Assembly (NCBI GenBank): GCA_013815345.1
Contig: JACDGK010000002.1
Location: 99,399-163,398, forward strand
Direction: 5' to 3'
From: Patescibacteria group bacterium
GTDB lineage: Bacteria > Patescibacteriota > Minisyncoccia > Phycocordibacterales > Phycocordibacteraceae
DNA: 64,000 nucleotides
Of the stretch, positions 49,194-56,924 are shown piece by piece; position 1 is the first letter of the stretch, and each line of letters opens with the position of its first letter. The translations under genes and the position numbers were made by a program. Below the pieces are notes generated by a model. The model was not told the DNA's origin. It was given only the letters and a program-made list of their open reading frames with translations, and ran no database searches.

Positions 49194-49883
49194 TTAGGGA
49201 CGCGCGAACGAGAAACTTTGAATGATCGGTGCGAGATCATCGTAGTGTTGAGTAAGGACGGTATCTGGTATATCTGAACTACTCGGAGGATCATCGCGAT
49301 AACTAGAGCCCGCGGCAACTTGCTCGAGTGCGTAACAGGTATTGTCATGAATAATTCGATAGCTGGTACCTTTCGGGTATTGCATCATGCCGGCGCTTTG
49401 AAGTGAAAATGTCTTCCACATGACTCCATGAATGGGAGTAGCAGAAAGCGCGACTTCCCCGTTGTTCGGTTTTTCGCACGCCGCCAGTTCCTTCGGATCA
49501 GCACTTATGCCGACCCGCACTTCGACTTCATAGTAGCGAGGATACGAGTGGGCATTCGTTACCTTATAGCCGATGAAAGATACGACAGAAGTGCCAGTCG
49601 CATTCCCTAGAGCATTGACGCGCCAGGTTGCTGGAAGATGATATTGCGTATCAAATGAATTTTGTACCTTTACCGATTCCGAATAAAATATCGAGAAACC
49701 GTATTCTCCATTCGCATAAATAGAAAGACCGCTGAGCGAAGGAGTGTTAGTGGCTTCAGTCGAGCTCGCTGTACTAGTGACAGGCTGTAACGGTACTACC
49801 TGTTTATGCAAACCCCACCAGATCACGGCAGCGATGAGAAGAAAACCGATACCCAGAATGAAATAGAAGGCGGAAATTTTCAT
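49194..49883 (-). CDS. signal-anchored secreted protein, lineage-specific; paralog of 54164..54862
   Basis: N-terminal TM; shares a C-terminal block (CxxxxxG...TPIHGV...S.AG...SYR...N.CY..E...Y.......I.QSFxF) with the 54164..54862 product. Confidence 0.5.
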   Translation of the reverse strand: MKISAFYFILGIGFLLIAAVIWWGLHKQVVPLQPVTSTASSTEATNTPSLSGLSIYANGEYGFSIFYSESVKVQNSFDTQYHLPATWRVNALGNATGTSVVSFIGYKVTNAHSYPRYYEVEVRVGISADPKELAACEKPNNGEVALSATPIHGVMWKTFSLQSAGMMQYPKGTSYRIIHDNTCYALEQVAAGSSYRDDPPSSSDIPDTVLTQHYDDLAPIIQSFSFARP

Positions 49884-49904
49884 AGTATCAGTATAACAAC
49901 GAGA

Positions 49905-51644
49905 TCAACGGGACGCGGGCGGAGAAACAGATGGCGCGCTGCGTAGCAGCGCGCGCGCAAGCTTCAATTCATCATAGGAGTACGCTTCGTTGAGTTTAGT
50001 AAAGACAGGCGCTAGCCGTTCGAAACCAGTTGCGACAAATACCTTTTCGATTGCAGGAAGATGTGACCGCAGTGTTTTCGGAGCAAGTTTTTCCAATTCT
50101 TCCGGTCGTAGGCGGCCTGATAGTGTTAATTTCTCAAGATGATCACAAATCGTTCCGAAAGTCAGATTGCGAGCCGCAACGATATCTTCAATTGACTTTC
50201 CTTCTTTTAGTAACACTAACGTTTCTTCGTAGGTATTTTGCTTTGATGCCGAGACCTTTTTTCGACCGCCCTTTGGCACTTCGAGAGTTCCCCCGCAAGC
50301 TTTTATGAAATTATGCTCAAGAAGAAGCCTTTCGCCGCTCGATTCCAGTTCTCCAAACAATTCTTCAGCGGCTTCCGACGCAGCTTGGAATTCCTGATCA
50401 TGTGATTCCACAAGGGGATGCACTGCCAATGCTCGTGCGCTCCACCCCAAGAGATAGAGACCCTCAAGGGTGCGCACGCGAGACAGCGCTACATATCCTT
50501 GGCCGTACTCGAAGGCACGGGAAAGATCCATAGCCGCAGCGTCCAGGCTTTGTCCCTGACTTTTATGGACCGTGACCGCCCAGGCGAGCCGAAGTGGTAT
50601 TTGGCTGATCCGTGCGCGTATTTTTCCTTCTTCTTCCACGACCCATTCGGCAGGAGGTATTGCAAGCGTGCGCTCGTTCAGCATTTCAATAATAGGGTAG
50701 CTGGTCTCCTGCTCAAACCCAATAATTTTTCCGAGCGTTCCGTTTGCGTATCCGAGCGAAGAACTGTTTTTAGTGCACATGACCACGGCACCTTCTTTTA
50801 AGACGAGTTGTTCAGGAGAAAGACAACCGCGCTTCAATGATTCGATCAGTACTGCCCGACCGCTCGATTCCATAGTGAACACCCGAGTATTTCCCGGCAA
50901 TACTCCAAGCTGCAAGTCATTGAGCCGATCCACATCGACATTATGGGTATACAACCTTGGGATCTCCGCTGCGAGGCTCTCTGCCGTGACGTATCGCTCT
51001 TGAAGCAGCGCCGCTTCGTCTTCCGCAAAAGAACCCGCGCGGATCGAACTAAGTAATGAAAGAAATTGACCGTCATCCTGGCGATGCTGCTCAGTGAGAT
51101 AGCAGGTTACGACGTGAAGCGAGTGCCAGGCGGAGGATTCAAATGAAAAAGACGATGTAGTTTTTTCTTCTCTCCCGTACGATTGACTCTGTCCAAAATT
51201 TCGTCGAACTATCGGCGGCAATTGGAAAAAATCTCCCACCAGCACTACTTGCATACCCCCGAATGGTTGGTCGTTTCCTCGTACGTGCCGACATACGGCA
51301 TCGACCGCGTCCAACACGATACCTGAGAGCATTGATATCTCATCAATAATCAATACTTTTGTCTTTTGTATTCTTTTTGCCACCGGTTCTTTTGAGGCAA
51401 TACGATCTATTTCATAGGGAGTAAAGTGGTCGGTGATGCCTATCCCACTCCACGCATGAATAGTTACTCCATGGATATGGGTTGCCGCAACACCCGTTGA
51501 CGCTGCTATGGCGGGTTCGATATCGTGGTCCCGCAACCAATCAATATAGGCACGCACGGTGTGGGTTTTTCCGCTTCCAGGCGCGCCCGTAAGGAACACA
51601 TTGGCTCCAGTTTGGAGAATGGCAAGCGCGCTTTTCTGAGTCAT
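49905..51644 (-). CDS. Pif1/RecD-family ATP-dependent DNA helicase with C-terminal HTH domain
   Basis: VFLTGAPGSGKTH (Walker A), LIIDEISM (Walker B), GDFFQLPPI; 579 aa. Confidence 0.8.
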   Translation of the reverse strand: MTQKSALAILQTGANVFLTGAPGSGKTHTVRAYIDWLRDHDIEPAIAASTGVAATHIHGVTIHAWSGIGITDHFTPYEIDRIASKEPVAKRIQKTKVLIIDEISMLSGIVLDAVDAVCRHVRGNDQPFGGMQVVLVGDFFQLPPIVRRNFGQSQSYGREEKTTSSFSFESSAWHSLHVVTCYLTEQHRQDDGQFLSLLSSIRAGSFAEDEAALLQERYVTAESLAAEIPRLYTHNVDVDRLNDLQLGVLPGNTRVFTMESSGRAVLIESLKRGCLSPEQLVLKEGAVVMCTKNSSSLGYANGTLGKIIGFEQETSYPIIEMLNERTLAIPPAEWVVEEEGKIRARISQIPLRLAWAVTVHKSQGQSLDAAAMDLSRAFEYGQGYVALSRVRTLEGLYLLGWSARALAVHPLVESHDQEFQAASEAAEELFGELESSGERLLLEHNFIKACGGTLEVPKGGRKKVSASKQNTYEETLVLLKEGKSIEDIVAARNLTFGTICDHLEKLTLSGRLRPEELEKLAPKTLRSHLPAIEKVFVATGFERLAPVFTKLNEAYSYDELKLARALLRSAPSVSPPASR

Positions 51645-51740
51645 TCCTCTATTCTACCAGTGCGATCTATAGTAATCCTAAAAACGGTATAAAGATCGTT
51701 TCAAATAGATCTTTATCCACCGTTGAACCTTTCTAAACCT

Positions 51741-51769
51741 TGACATATGCTTACGAATGTACTATTATG
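51741..51769 (+). promoter_or_regulatory. consensus-like sigma-70 promoter (TTGACA-17 nt-TATTAT)
   Basis: TTGACA 51741..51746, 17-nt spacer, TATTAT 51764..51769; RBS GAAAGGAGAA before ATG 51814. Confidence 0.6.
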
Positions 51770-51813
51770 AAACTTAGAGAGCGATTAACCGCTAGGTACG
51801 AAAGGAGAAATCA

Positions 51814-52158
51814 ATGCGCACCCTTTTTTCGCTTGTACTTTTCGTGTCCGTTTCTTTTTCGGCCACGGCTAATGCTCACGACCCTTCTCGCGAGCTCGCC
51901 GAGCATAGTATCGGACTGCTAAAAAACCGACCGGCAGAATTTCTGCAACCGCCTCCCTCCGTCGCACCGCTTCAGCTTAGTGGCGACCGACAAAACGCTC
52001 AACTGATTCGGAGGCCGATCGAGCCGGAAACCCAAACATGGAGACTCAACCATGGGGTTGTCTATCAACTTTCCCCTAACGAATCACTCCGATTTGGTGC
52101 GGCAAGAGAAAGCCTAACGCCAGGTGCAGTGGGATTCACCTTCACCATCCGACACTGA
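51814..52158 (+). CDS. small secreted hypothetical protein (114 aa)
   Basis: Signal peptide MRTLFSLVLFVSVSFSATANA; strong promoter, RBS and terminator. Confidence 0.55.
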   Translation: MRTLFSLVLFVSVSFSATANAHDPSRELAEHSIGLLKNRPAEFLQPPPSVAPLQLSGDRQNAQLIRRPIEPETQTWRLNHGVVYQLSPNESLRFGAARESLTPGAVGFTFTIRH

Positions 52159-52185
52159 TGATTGAATTGTCACCAAAACAAAAAG

Positions 52186-52217
52186 CCCCGTCTGCACGAT
52201 TGCGGACGGGGTTTTTT
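52186..52217 (+). terminator. bidirectional rho-independent terminator (CCCCGTCTGCA-cgat-TGCGGACGGGG + TTTTTT; A-run upstream)
   Basis: 11-bp stem with one G.U pair between convergent genes. Confidence 0.75.
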
Positions 52218-52228
52218 ACTATTAAAAA

Positions 52229-53248
52229 TTATAGACCGCGCCAAAAATCGACTTTTAGGTTTTTAGGAGCAACGGTAGGAATGGGTACCGTAGTAGAAGC
52301 TGTCGTGGAAGCACTGATTGTCGTCGAGGCGGTCACCGTAGTGGAAGCCGTTGTAGAGGCGGTCGTGCTTGCAGCAGGCAAAAGACCGAGGAGTGAAACG
52401 TGCTGGGCAAAGAGCGTCGCTTCTTCGTTGTGACGGGCAGAGTTCTGCGCTGCGACAAATGCAATACCCGCTGAGCGAGAAGAGGTTGTGGTACCGGTGT
52501 TTGTATTCGAGATCGATACTTCATTGGCTTGGCGGGTAATGGAAACCGCCGTTTTATCTTGACTCACGTTTTGGAAAAGGAGGGCGACCTGGGCGCTACT
52601 AGGATTACCATCCTGTTCGAGACGCTGCGTGAGAAGTGCGAGGATCTGAGAATGAGCTGAAAGTCGCGCCTCAAGATCTGAACGCACCGCAAGAGCGGGG
52701 TTTGATTTGCCCGAGTCTGCCAATTCGTCTGAATCTTTTTGTGAGCGAGCGATGTGAATTGCTACCTGCTGCTGTATGTATACTTGGGTTGAGCTTGAAA
52801 GCTGATTCTGCACCGCAAGCCGTGATGCTTCCGTGAGGCGACGTTCGGCGAGAACATTTTCCCAATTTGCCTTTCCCGATACGCTTGGTATAAGTGCGCC
52901 CTGGATAGGCTCAGCCACATTGACTTTAAGAGAGTACAGCGGCTGTCCGGGAAGCGCGTTCCCTGCTGCATACGTAACGCCTATACCGCTTCCTGCAAGA
53001 AGAATGAGAATAAGAACCGTCGCCATGAATGTACGAGAATAGAAAAGTATTGAAAAGGACGAAACGCTTTTTTTAGAAAACGTAGGAGAAAAGGTATGTA
53101 GATCTGCGTACGCGGCAAGAACAGCCCGCATATTCTGCGTTTCTGATTCGGTAAGACGTACTGACTCTTTCAGTACAGGCATTTTATTAAAATAAGATTC
53201 GGTGTTATTCATGAGCATGTATGAGTTCTTGGACTTTCTTCGTGGCAC
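52229..53248 (-). CDS. putative anti-sigma factor-like single-pass membrane protein with Thr/Ala/Ser-rich C-terminal repeats
   Basis: Immediately downstream of and overlapping the ECF sigma gene; one TM (ATVLILILLAGSGIGVTYAAG); C-terminus ASTTASTTASTTVTASTTISASTTASTTV. Start may be an internal Met. Confidence 0.45.
   Translation of the reverse strand: MPRRKSKNSYMLMNNTESYFNKMPVLKESVRLTESETQNMRAVLAAYADLHTFSPTFSKKSVSSFSILFYSRTFMATVLILILLAGSGIGVTYAAGNALPGQPLYSLKVNVAEPIQGALIPSVSGKANWENVLAERRLTEASRLAVQNQLSSSTQVYIQQQVAIHIARSQKDSDELADSGKSNPALAVRSDLEARLSAHSQILALLTQRLEQDGNPSSAQVALLFQNVSQDKTAVSITRQANEVSISNTNTGTTTSSRSAGIAFVAAQNSARHNEEATLFAQHVSLLGLLPAASTTASTTASTTVTASTTISASTTASTTVPIPTVAPKNLKVDFWRGL
52285..52380 (-). 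repeat. about 15-bp imperfect tandem repeats encoding (A)STT(V) units
   Basis: gtagtagaagctgtc/gtggaagcactgatt/gtcgtcgaggcggtc/accgtagtggaagcc/gttgtagaggcggtc on plus strand. Confidence 0.5.
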
Positions 53249-53711
53249 GATGGATGCGAACTGAGACCGTATTTGCCGACTCGTTTAGAAGCAAGGCTAT
53301 CTCTTTCGGAGAAAACCCTTCGACAAAACGCAAAAGAAGCACTTCGCGGGAATCCTCATCAAGTTTTTCCATAATGGCGAGGATTTCACGTGCCTCTGCC
53401 GAAGCGGTCACCGACTTCTGGCCATCTCCTACAAAGTCGATTCCGGCCTCTGAAAGCACATCGAGCGAGGACTCTTTCTTCTTGCGGTACCAGTCGATGA
53501 CGAGGTTTCGGGCAAGCGTATAGAGGAAGGCTCGTTCGTTTTGGAGCTTGTCTCCCTTGCGCAAGGTCTGCCAGTACCGCATGAATGCTTCCTGGGTTAT
53601 ATCCTGCGCCACTTCTCGGCTACTGACCTTCATGACACAAAAACGGAATATAGCGTCAGCATGAGCATCATAAGCGCTCAGAAACTGGATTTTAATCTCG
53701 TTATGGTCCAT
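53205..53711 (-). CDS. ECF-type RNA polymerase sigma factor (sigma-70 regions 2 and 4)
   Basis: 168 aa; AQDITQEAFMRYWQTL (region 2) and SPKEIALLLNESANTVSVRIHRATKKV (region 4 HTH). Confidence 0.85.
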   Translation of the reverse strand: MDHNEIKIQFLSAYDAHADAIFRFCVMKVSSREVAQDITQEAFMRYWQTLRKGDKLQNERAFLYTLARNLVIDWYRKKKESSLDVLSEAGIDFVGDGQKSVTASAEAREILAIMEKLDEDSREVLLLRFVEGFSPKEIALLLNESANTVSVRIHRATKKVQELIHAHE

Positions 53712-53841
53712 AGAATATGACGGGGGAGTGAAGCCTTTCTTACTTCATAAAACAAAAAGGTTGGTAAGTAAAGCTGCCTCGTCTTCTATCCTAGCAGACG
53801 CCTAACAGATGACAGAGGAAAAGTAGAGAAAAAGAATGAGG

Positions 53842-53876
53842 AAAACGCGGCAGCCAAAGGCTGCCGCGTTTTCCTT
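53842..53876 (-). terminator. bidirectional rho-independent terminator (13-bp stem AAACGCGGCAGCC/GGCTGCCGCGTTT, loop AAA)
   Basis: Perfect long stem; T-rich on both sides. Confidence 0.75.
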
Positions 53877-53893
53877 TGGAAGGATGTTTCTTG

Positions 53894-53989
53894 TTAGGCG
53901 TGTGCACCAAGAACAAAGACGCCAAGGATAGCGGCAATGATAAGTGCCGGTACCGCAATCATGAGATCATATTTGACGCTTGTAAGCAT
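53894..53989 (-). CDS. candidate small hydrophobic peptide (31 aa) MLTSVKYDLMIAVPALIIAAILGVFVLGAHA
   Basis: Own translation; below the ORF-track size cut-off; single predicted TM helix; followed immediately by a strong terminator. No convincing SD. Confidence 0.3.
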   Translation of the reverse strand: MLTSVKYDLMIAVPALIIAAILGVFVLGAHA

Positions 53990-54163
53990 AGAGATGATGT
54001 TAGAGGTTGCTAATATAGGTGGTTACTGGCAATCGGCACTGAACGTCTGTCGCACCATGCTATCTACGACGTTCAAGTAGCTCCACTATTACGCACCCCA
54101 GATGAAGTATGTGTGAGCATTTCCCTCCCTCCTTTTTCTATCTGTTCTGTTTTTCTTTTTATA

Positions 54164-54862
54164 CTATAAGAATTTGAAGCTTTGCACGATGCCTTCAAGC
54201 GCCGCATGTATTTTCGCCTGATCGAACGCAGTAATGCCTTGATCTCGAGAGTAGTTGCCTATATTCGAAGAATGAATCGTGTATTCAACGCCATAACATT
54301 GACCGTTACGAACCGTGCGATAGCTCGTATTCTCATATACGTTCCCTGCTCCTGCATCACTCGAGATAAACTTTGTATACTCGACACCATGTATCGTTAC
54401 GGTTGTTTTTGGGAGAACGGGTCCTGAACTTTGAGGAGCCATCAAACACTGAGCAATCGCGTCGCGATCGGCGCTGCTGCCTACCCCAAACGTTGCGTCA
54501 ACAAAATTTGTTTTTGGTTCGAAGGAGCTTGGTACCGTGATCCTCACCAACACCGATCCTAGCGTGGCCGCGCTCTGCAACCAACCTTGGGCATAGTGGG
54601 CAAAGCCGTCGTCCTTTCCTACAAACGTGAATGTCTCGGGATACGAAAGTGAGAACGTCTGGCCGCGATCTGTGTACGACTTCATCGCAACGCTGCTGGT
54701 CGCCAGGGAAGTTGAAGGGGAAGTTGTTGCGATTGTTTCGGTTGTTGCGCTTGTCGCGGGTGCCTTTGCCTTGGGGGCAAGTGCGAAGTAAAGCCCCCCT
54801 GCGACGATAAGCAGAACGATCACAATAATGAGAGAAGCTGTTGGGGAAGTCTTCATAGGCAA
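54164..54862 (-). CDS. signal-anchored secreted protein, paralog of 49194..49883
   Basis: N-terminal TM (LIIVIVLLIVAGGLYFALA); C-terminal block shared with the 49194..49883 product (..TIHGV...S.AG...SYR...N..CY..E...IVQSFKF). Confidence 0.5.
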   Translation of the reverse strand: MPMKTSPTASLIIVIVLLIVAGGLYFALAPKAKAPATSATTETIATTSPSTSLATSSVAMKSYTDRGQTFSLSYPETFTFVGKDDGFAHYAQGWLQSAATLGSVLVRITVPSSFEPKTNFVDATFGVGSSADRDAIAQCLMAPQSSGPVLPKTTVTIHGVEYTKFISSDAGAGNVYENTSYRTVRNGQCYGVEYTIHSSNIGNYSRDQGITAFDQAKIHAALEGIVQSFKFL

Positions 54863-54924
54863 AAAGGAAATTAATAAAGGCGCTGTCTGATTCCCATACT
54901 ACTACTTTCCTGTCATATTTCGAG

Positions 54925-56274
54925 CTACCGTACAGTTCCCAGATATGGCATGGATAAGGTTTTGTATTTCTTTTCAATATCTACCAGAATACTCTGCCGA
55001 GAATGTTTCCCTTTTCGCCCCTTCTTGCGTTCGTTTTCTTCAATTGTGGTGAGCGAAGAAATGGCCGAGAGACTGGAGGCTAGAAATAGCGTCTGCTTTC
55101 CATATCTCTCATTCACCGCGTCGATCGTCCCCGCCATCTTCCCTTTTCTATCTCGCAAAATCGACTCACCGAAAAGATCGGGTACTGCTGCTTGGTCAGC
55201 GAGTAGCGATCGGAGCGTGATGCCGCTCGCACGATATAAGATCCCGGGCACGTACACTTCATCGAAATGTTGCTCAATAAATGCGAGCACTTCGGGGGCG
55301 GTCGAAATTGGCACGGATAATTCGAGTGAGACGCTATGATATGTAAACTCTTGAGTTTTTAGATAGAAGCTAATCCCCCGTGCTTTCTTTTTATGACGCC
55401 GTGCTTTTTCACACACATGTTCTACGTTTTTTGAAAGATAGGAGAAGATCAGCGACCGATTATTAGTTGGCGGCGCAAAGGTACGGGTAGTCATCAGAGA
55501 GCCGACGGGGCCGCTATGTTCGGTGCTCAAATGCTTTACTGAGTGCCCACAAAGCTCAAGCCATATGTCGCGATATGCCTTCCCCAACCGATGCTCAGTG
55601 AGCCATGCATCTTCTTTCTGCACAAATTCAAGGGCCGTTGTCGCACCAAGCTTCTTCAGCAATACACCCGACGCGCCGCCAAATCCCCAGACATTAGAAA
55701 TGGGTATCGAACTAATAAAGGAGGTGATCTGACTCGGCCGTACGACCGTTAAACCCGCTGGCTTGTTTGCTTTAGAGGCAGCCTTTGCAAGTGTCTTGGT
55801 GGGGGCCAAACCCACGCCAAACGTAATACCAAGTGATGTTTCAAGCTGTTCCTTTATACGAAGTGCTATTTCTTCATACGAGAGATGGAGCTGTTGTGGG
55901 AGGTCAGTAATATCTGCAAAACATTCATCGATACTGTATTCCTCGACGTCGGCCGTATACTGCCGGACGATCGAGTACATGCGATGCGCAAAGATTGCGT
56001 AGGCAGTGTAATCGGAAGGCACGATTATCACACTTGGGCACCGCATACGTATTTCGCGGATCGTCATGCCTCGATGTAGGCCGAACGCTTTCGCTTCGTA
56101 TGAAAGGGAAGTCGCTTCTCTGCGTTCCCCGCCCGTTACTACCGGTTTACCACGCAAGCGATAATCCATGATCTGCTCAACGGAAGAAAAGAATGCGTCA
56201 CCATCAAAATGCAGTATCGCTCGCAATCCTTCGAAACTTCTTTCAAAACTAATAGTGTCTTTTGACATACTCAT
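54925..56274 (-). CDS. dinB: Y-family DNA polymerase (DinB/UmuC-like)
   Basis: ILHFDGDAFFSSVEQ (DMDAFFASVE motif), SLSYEAKAFGLHRGM, YSIDECFADIT (catalytic Asp/Glu). Confidence 0.85.
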   Translation of the reverse strand: MSMSKDTISFERSFEGLRAILHFDGDAFFSSVEQIMDYRLRGKPVVTGGERREATSLSYEAKAFGLHRGMTIREIRMRCPSVIIVPSDYTAYAIFAHRMYSIVRQYTADVEEYSIDECFADITDLPQQLHLSYEEIALRIKEQLETSLGITFGVGLAPTKTLAKAASKANKPAGLTVVRPSQITSFISSIPISNVWGFGGASGVLLKKLGATTALEFVQKEDAWLTEHRLGKAYRDIWLELCGHSVKHLSTEHSGPVGSLMTTRTFAPPTNNRSLIFSYLSKNVEHVCEKARRHKKKARGISFYLKTQEFTYHSVSLELSVPISTAPEVLAFIEQHFDEVYVPGILYRASGITLRSLLADQAAVPDLFGESILRDRKGKMAGTIDAVNERYGKQTLFLASSLSAISSLTTIEENERKKGRKGKHSRQSILVDIEKKYKTLSMPYLGTVR

Positions 56275-56292
56275 GAAGATGACTACCTCGGA

Positions 56293-56862
56293 CTAATATT
56301 TTCGGAATGTTGCCGCAACCACGCCGATAATCTCACCTTCTACCGGTCGTATATCCGGATAGCGATCATTTGCCGCTTCAAGATAAAATTGCATGCCGTG
56401 TTTCCGAAGAAACTTTAACGTATAGCCATCTTCCGTAAGTGCGACGACGATGTCGCCGGGCTTTGCATCTTTCGTGCGTTCGAAGATAACCATGTCGCCT
56501 TCCTGGATACCGGCATCGACCATTGAATCACCCGCAACTCTTAAGAGGTAACTACGATTTGGGTGGGGGATCAGATACTCGCCGACGCTGATCAGATCGG
56601 CAATCTCGTCTTCCGCAGGTGCGGCAAACCCGGCACGAATATGGCCAAGCAGCGGCAACTCATAAAGCTTCCGTGTCGGAAGCAACTTCCCTGTTTTATC
56701 TTTTTCAATAACCCCCTCCTTGACTAATTTATTAACCATGTAGAAAGCTGAACTACGTGAAGAGAAGTCGCATATCGTCATTACTTCAGTAATAGAGGGC
56801 ATGCGCTTGTTTTTGCGATAGAAATTCAGGACTTTTTCGCGATAGTTCCTTTTTTGGGCCAT
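56293..56862 (-). CDS. lexA: LexA repressor (S24 peptidase)
   Basis: N-terminal winged HTH, AGDSMVDAGIQEGD (Ser nucleophile) and Lys in C-terminal domain; 189 aa. Confidence 0.85.
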   Translation of the reverse strand: MAQKRNYREKVLNFYRKNKRMPSITEVMTICDFSSRSSAFYMVNKLVKEGVIEKDKTGKLLPTRKLYELPLLGHIRAGFAAPAEDEIADLISVGEYLIPHPNRSYLLRVAGDSMVDAGIQEGDMVIFERTKDAKPGDIVVALTEDGYTLKFLRKHGMQFYLEAANDRYPDIRPVEGEIIGVVAATFRKY

Positions 56863-56875
56863 TTTTCCAGTATAT

Positions 56876-56889
56876 CGAACAATTGTTCG
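56876..56889 (-). promoter_or_regulatory. SOS (Cheo) box CGAACAATTGTTCG, perfect palindrome, overlapping the lexA promoter
   Basis: 14-27 nt upstream of the lexA ATG; matches the Gram-positive-type LexA operator consensus CGAACRNRYGTTYG; flanked by candidate -35 TGACTA and -10 TATACT. Confidence 0.75.
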
Positions 56890-56924
56890 ATAGTCATCTT
56901 TTATCTGTGTATAACGAGGTAGTT

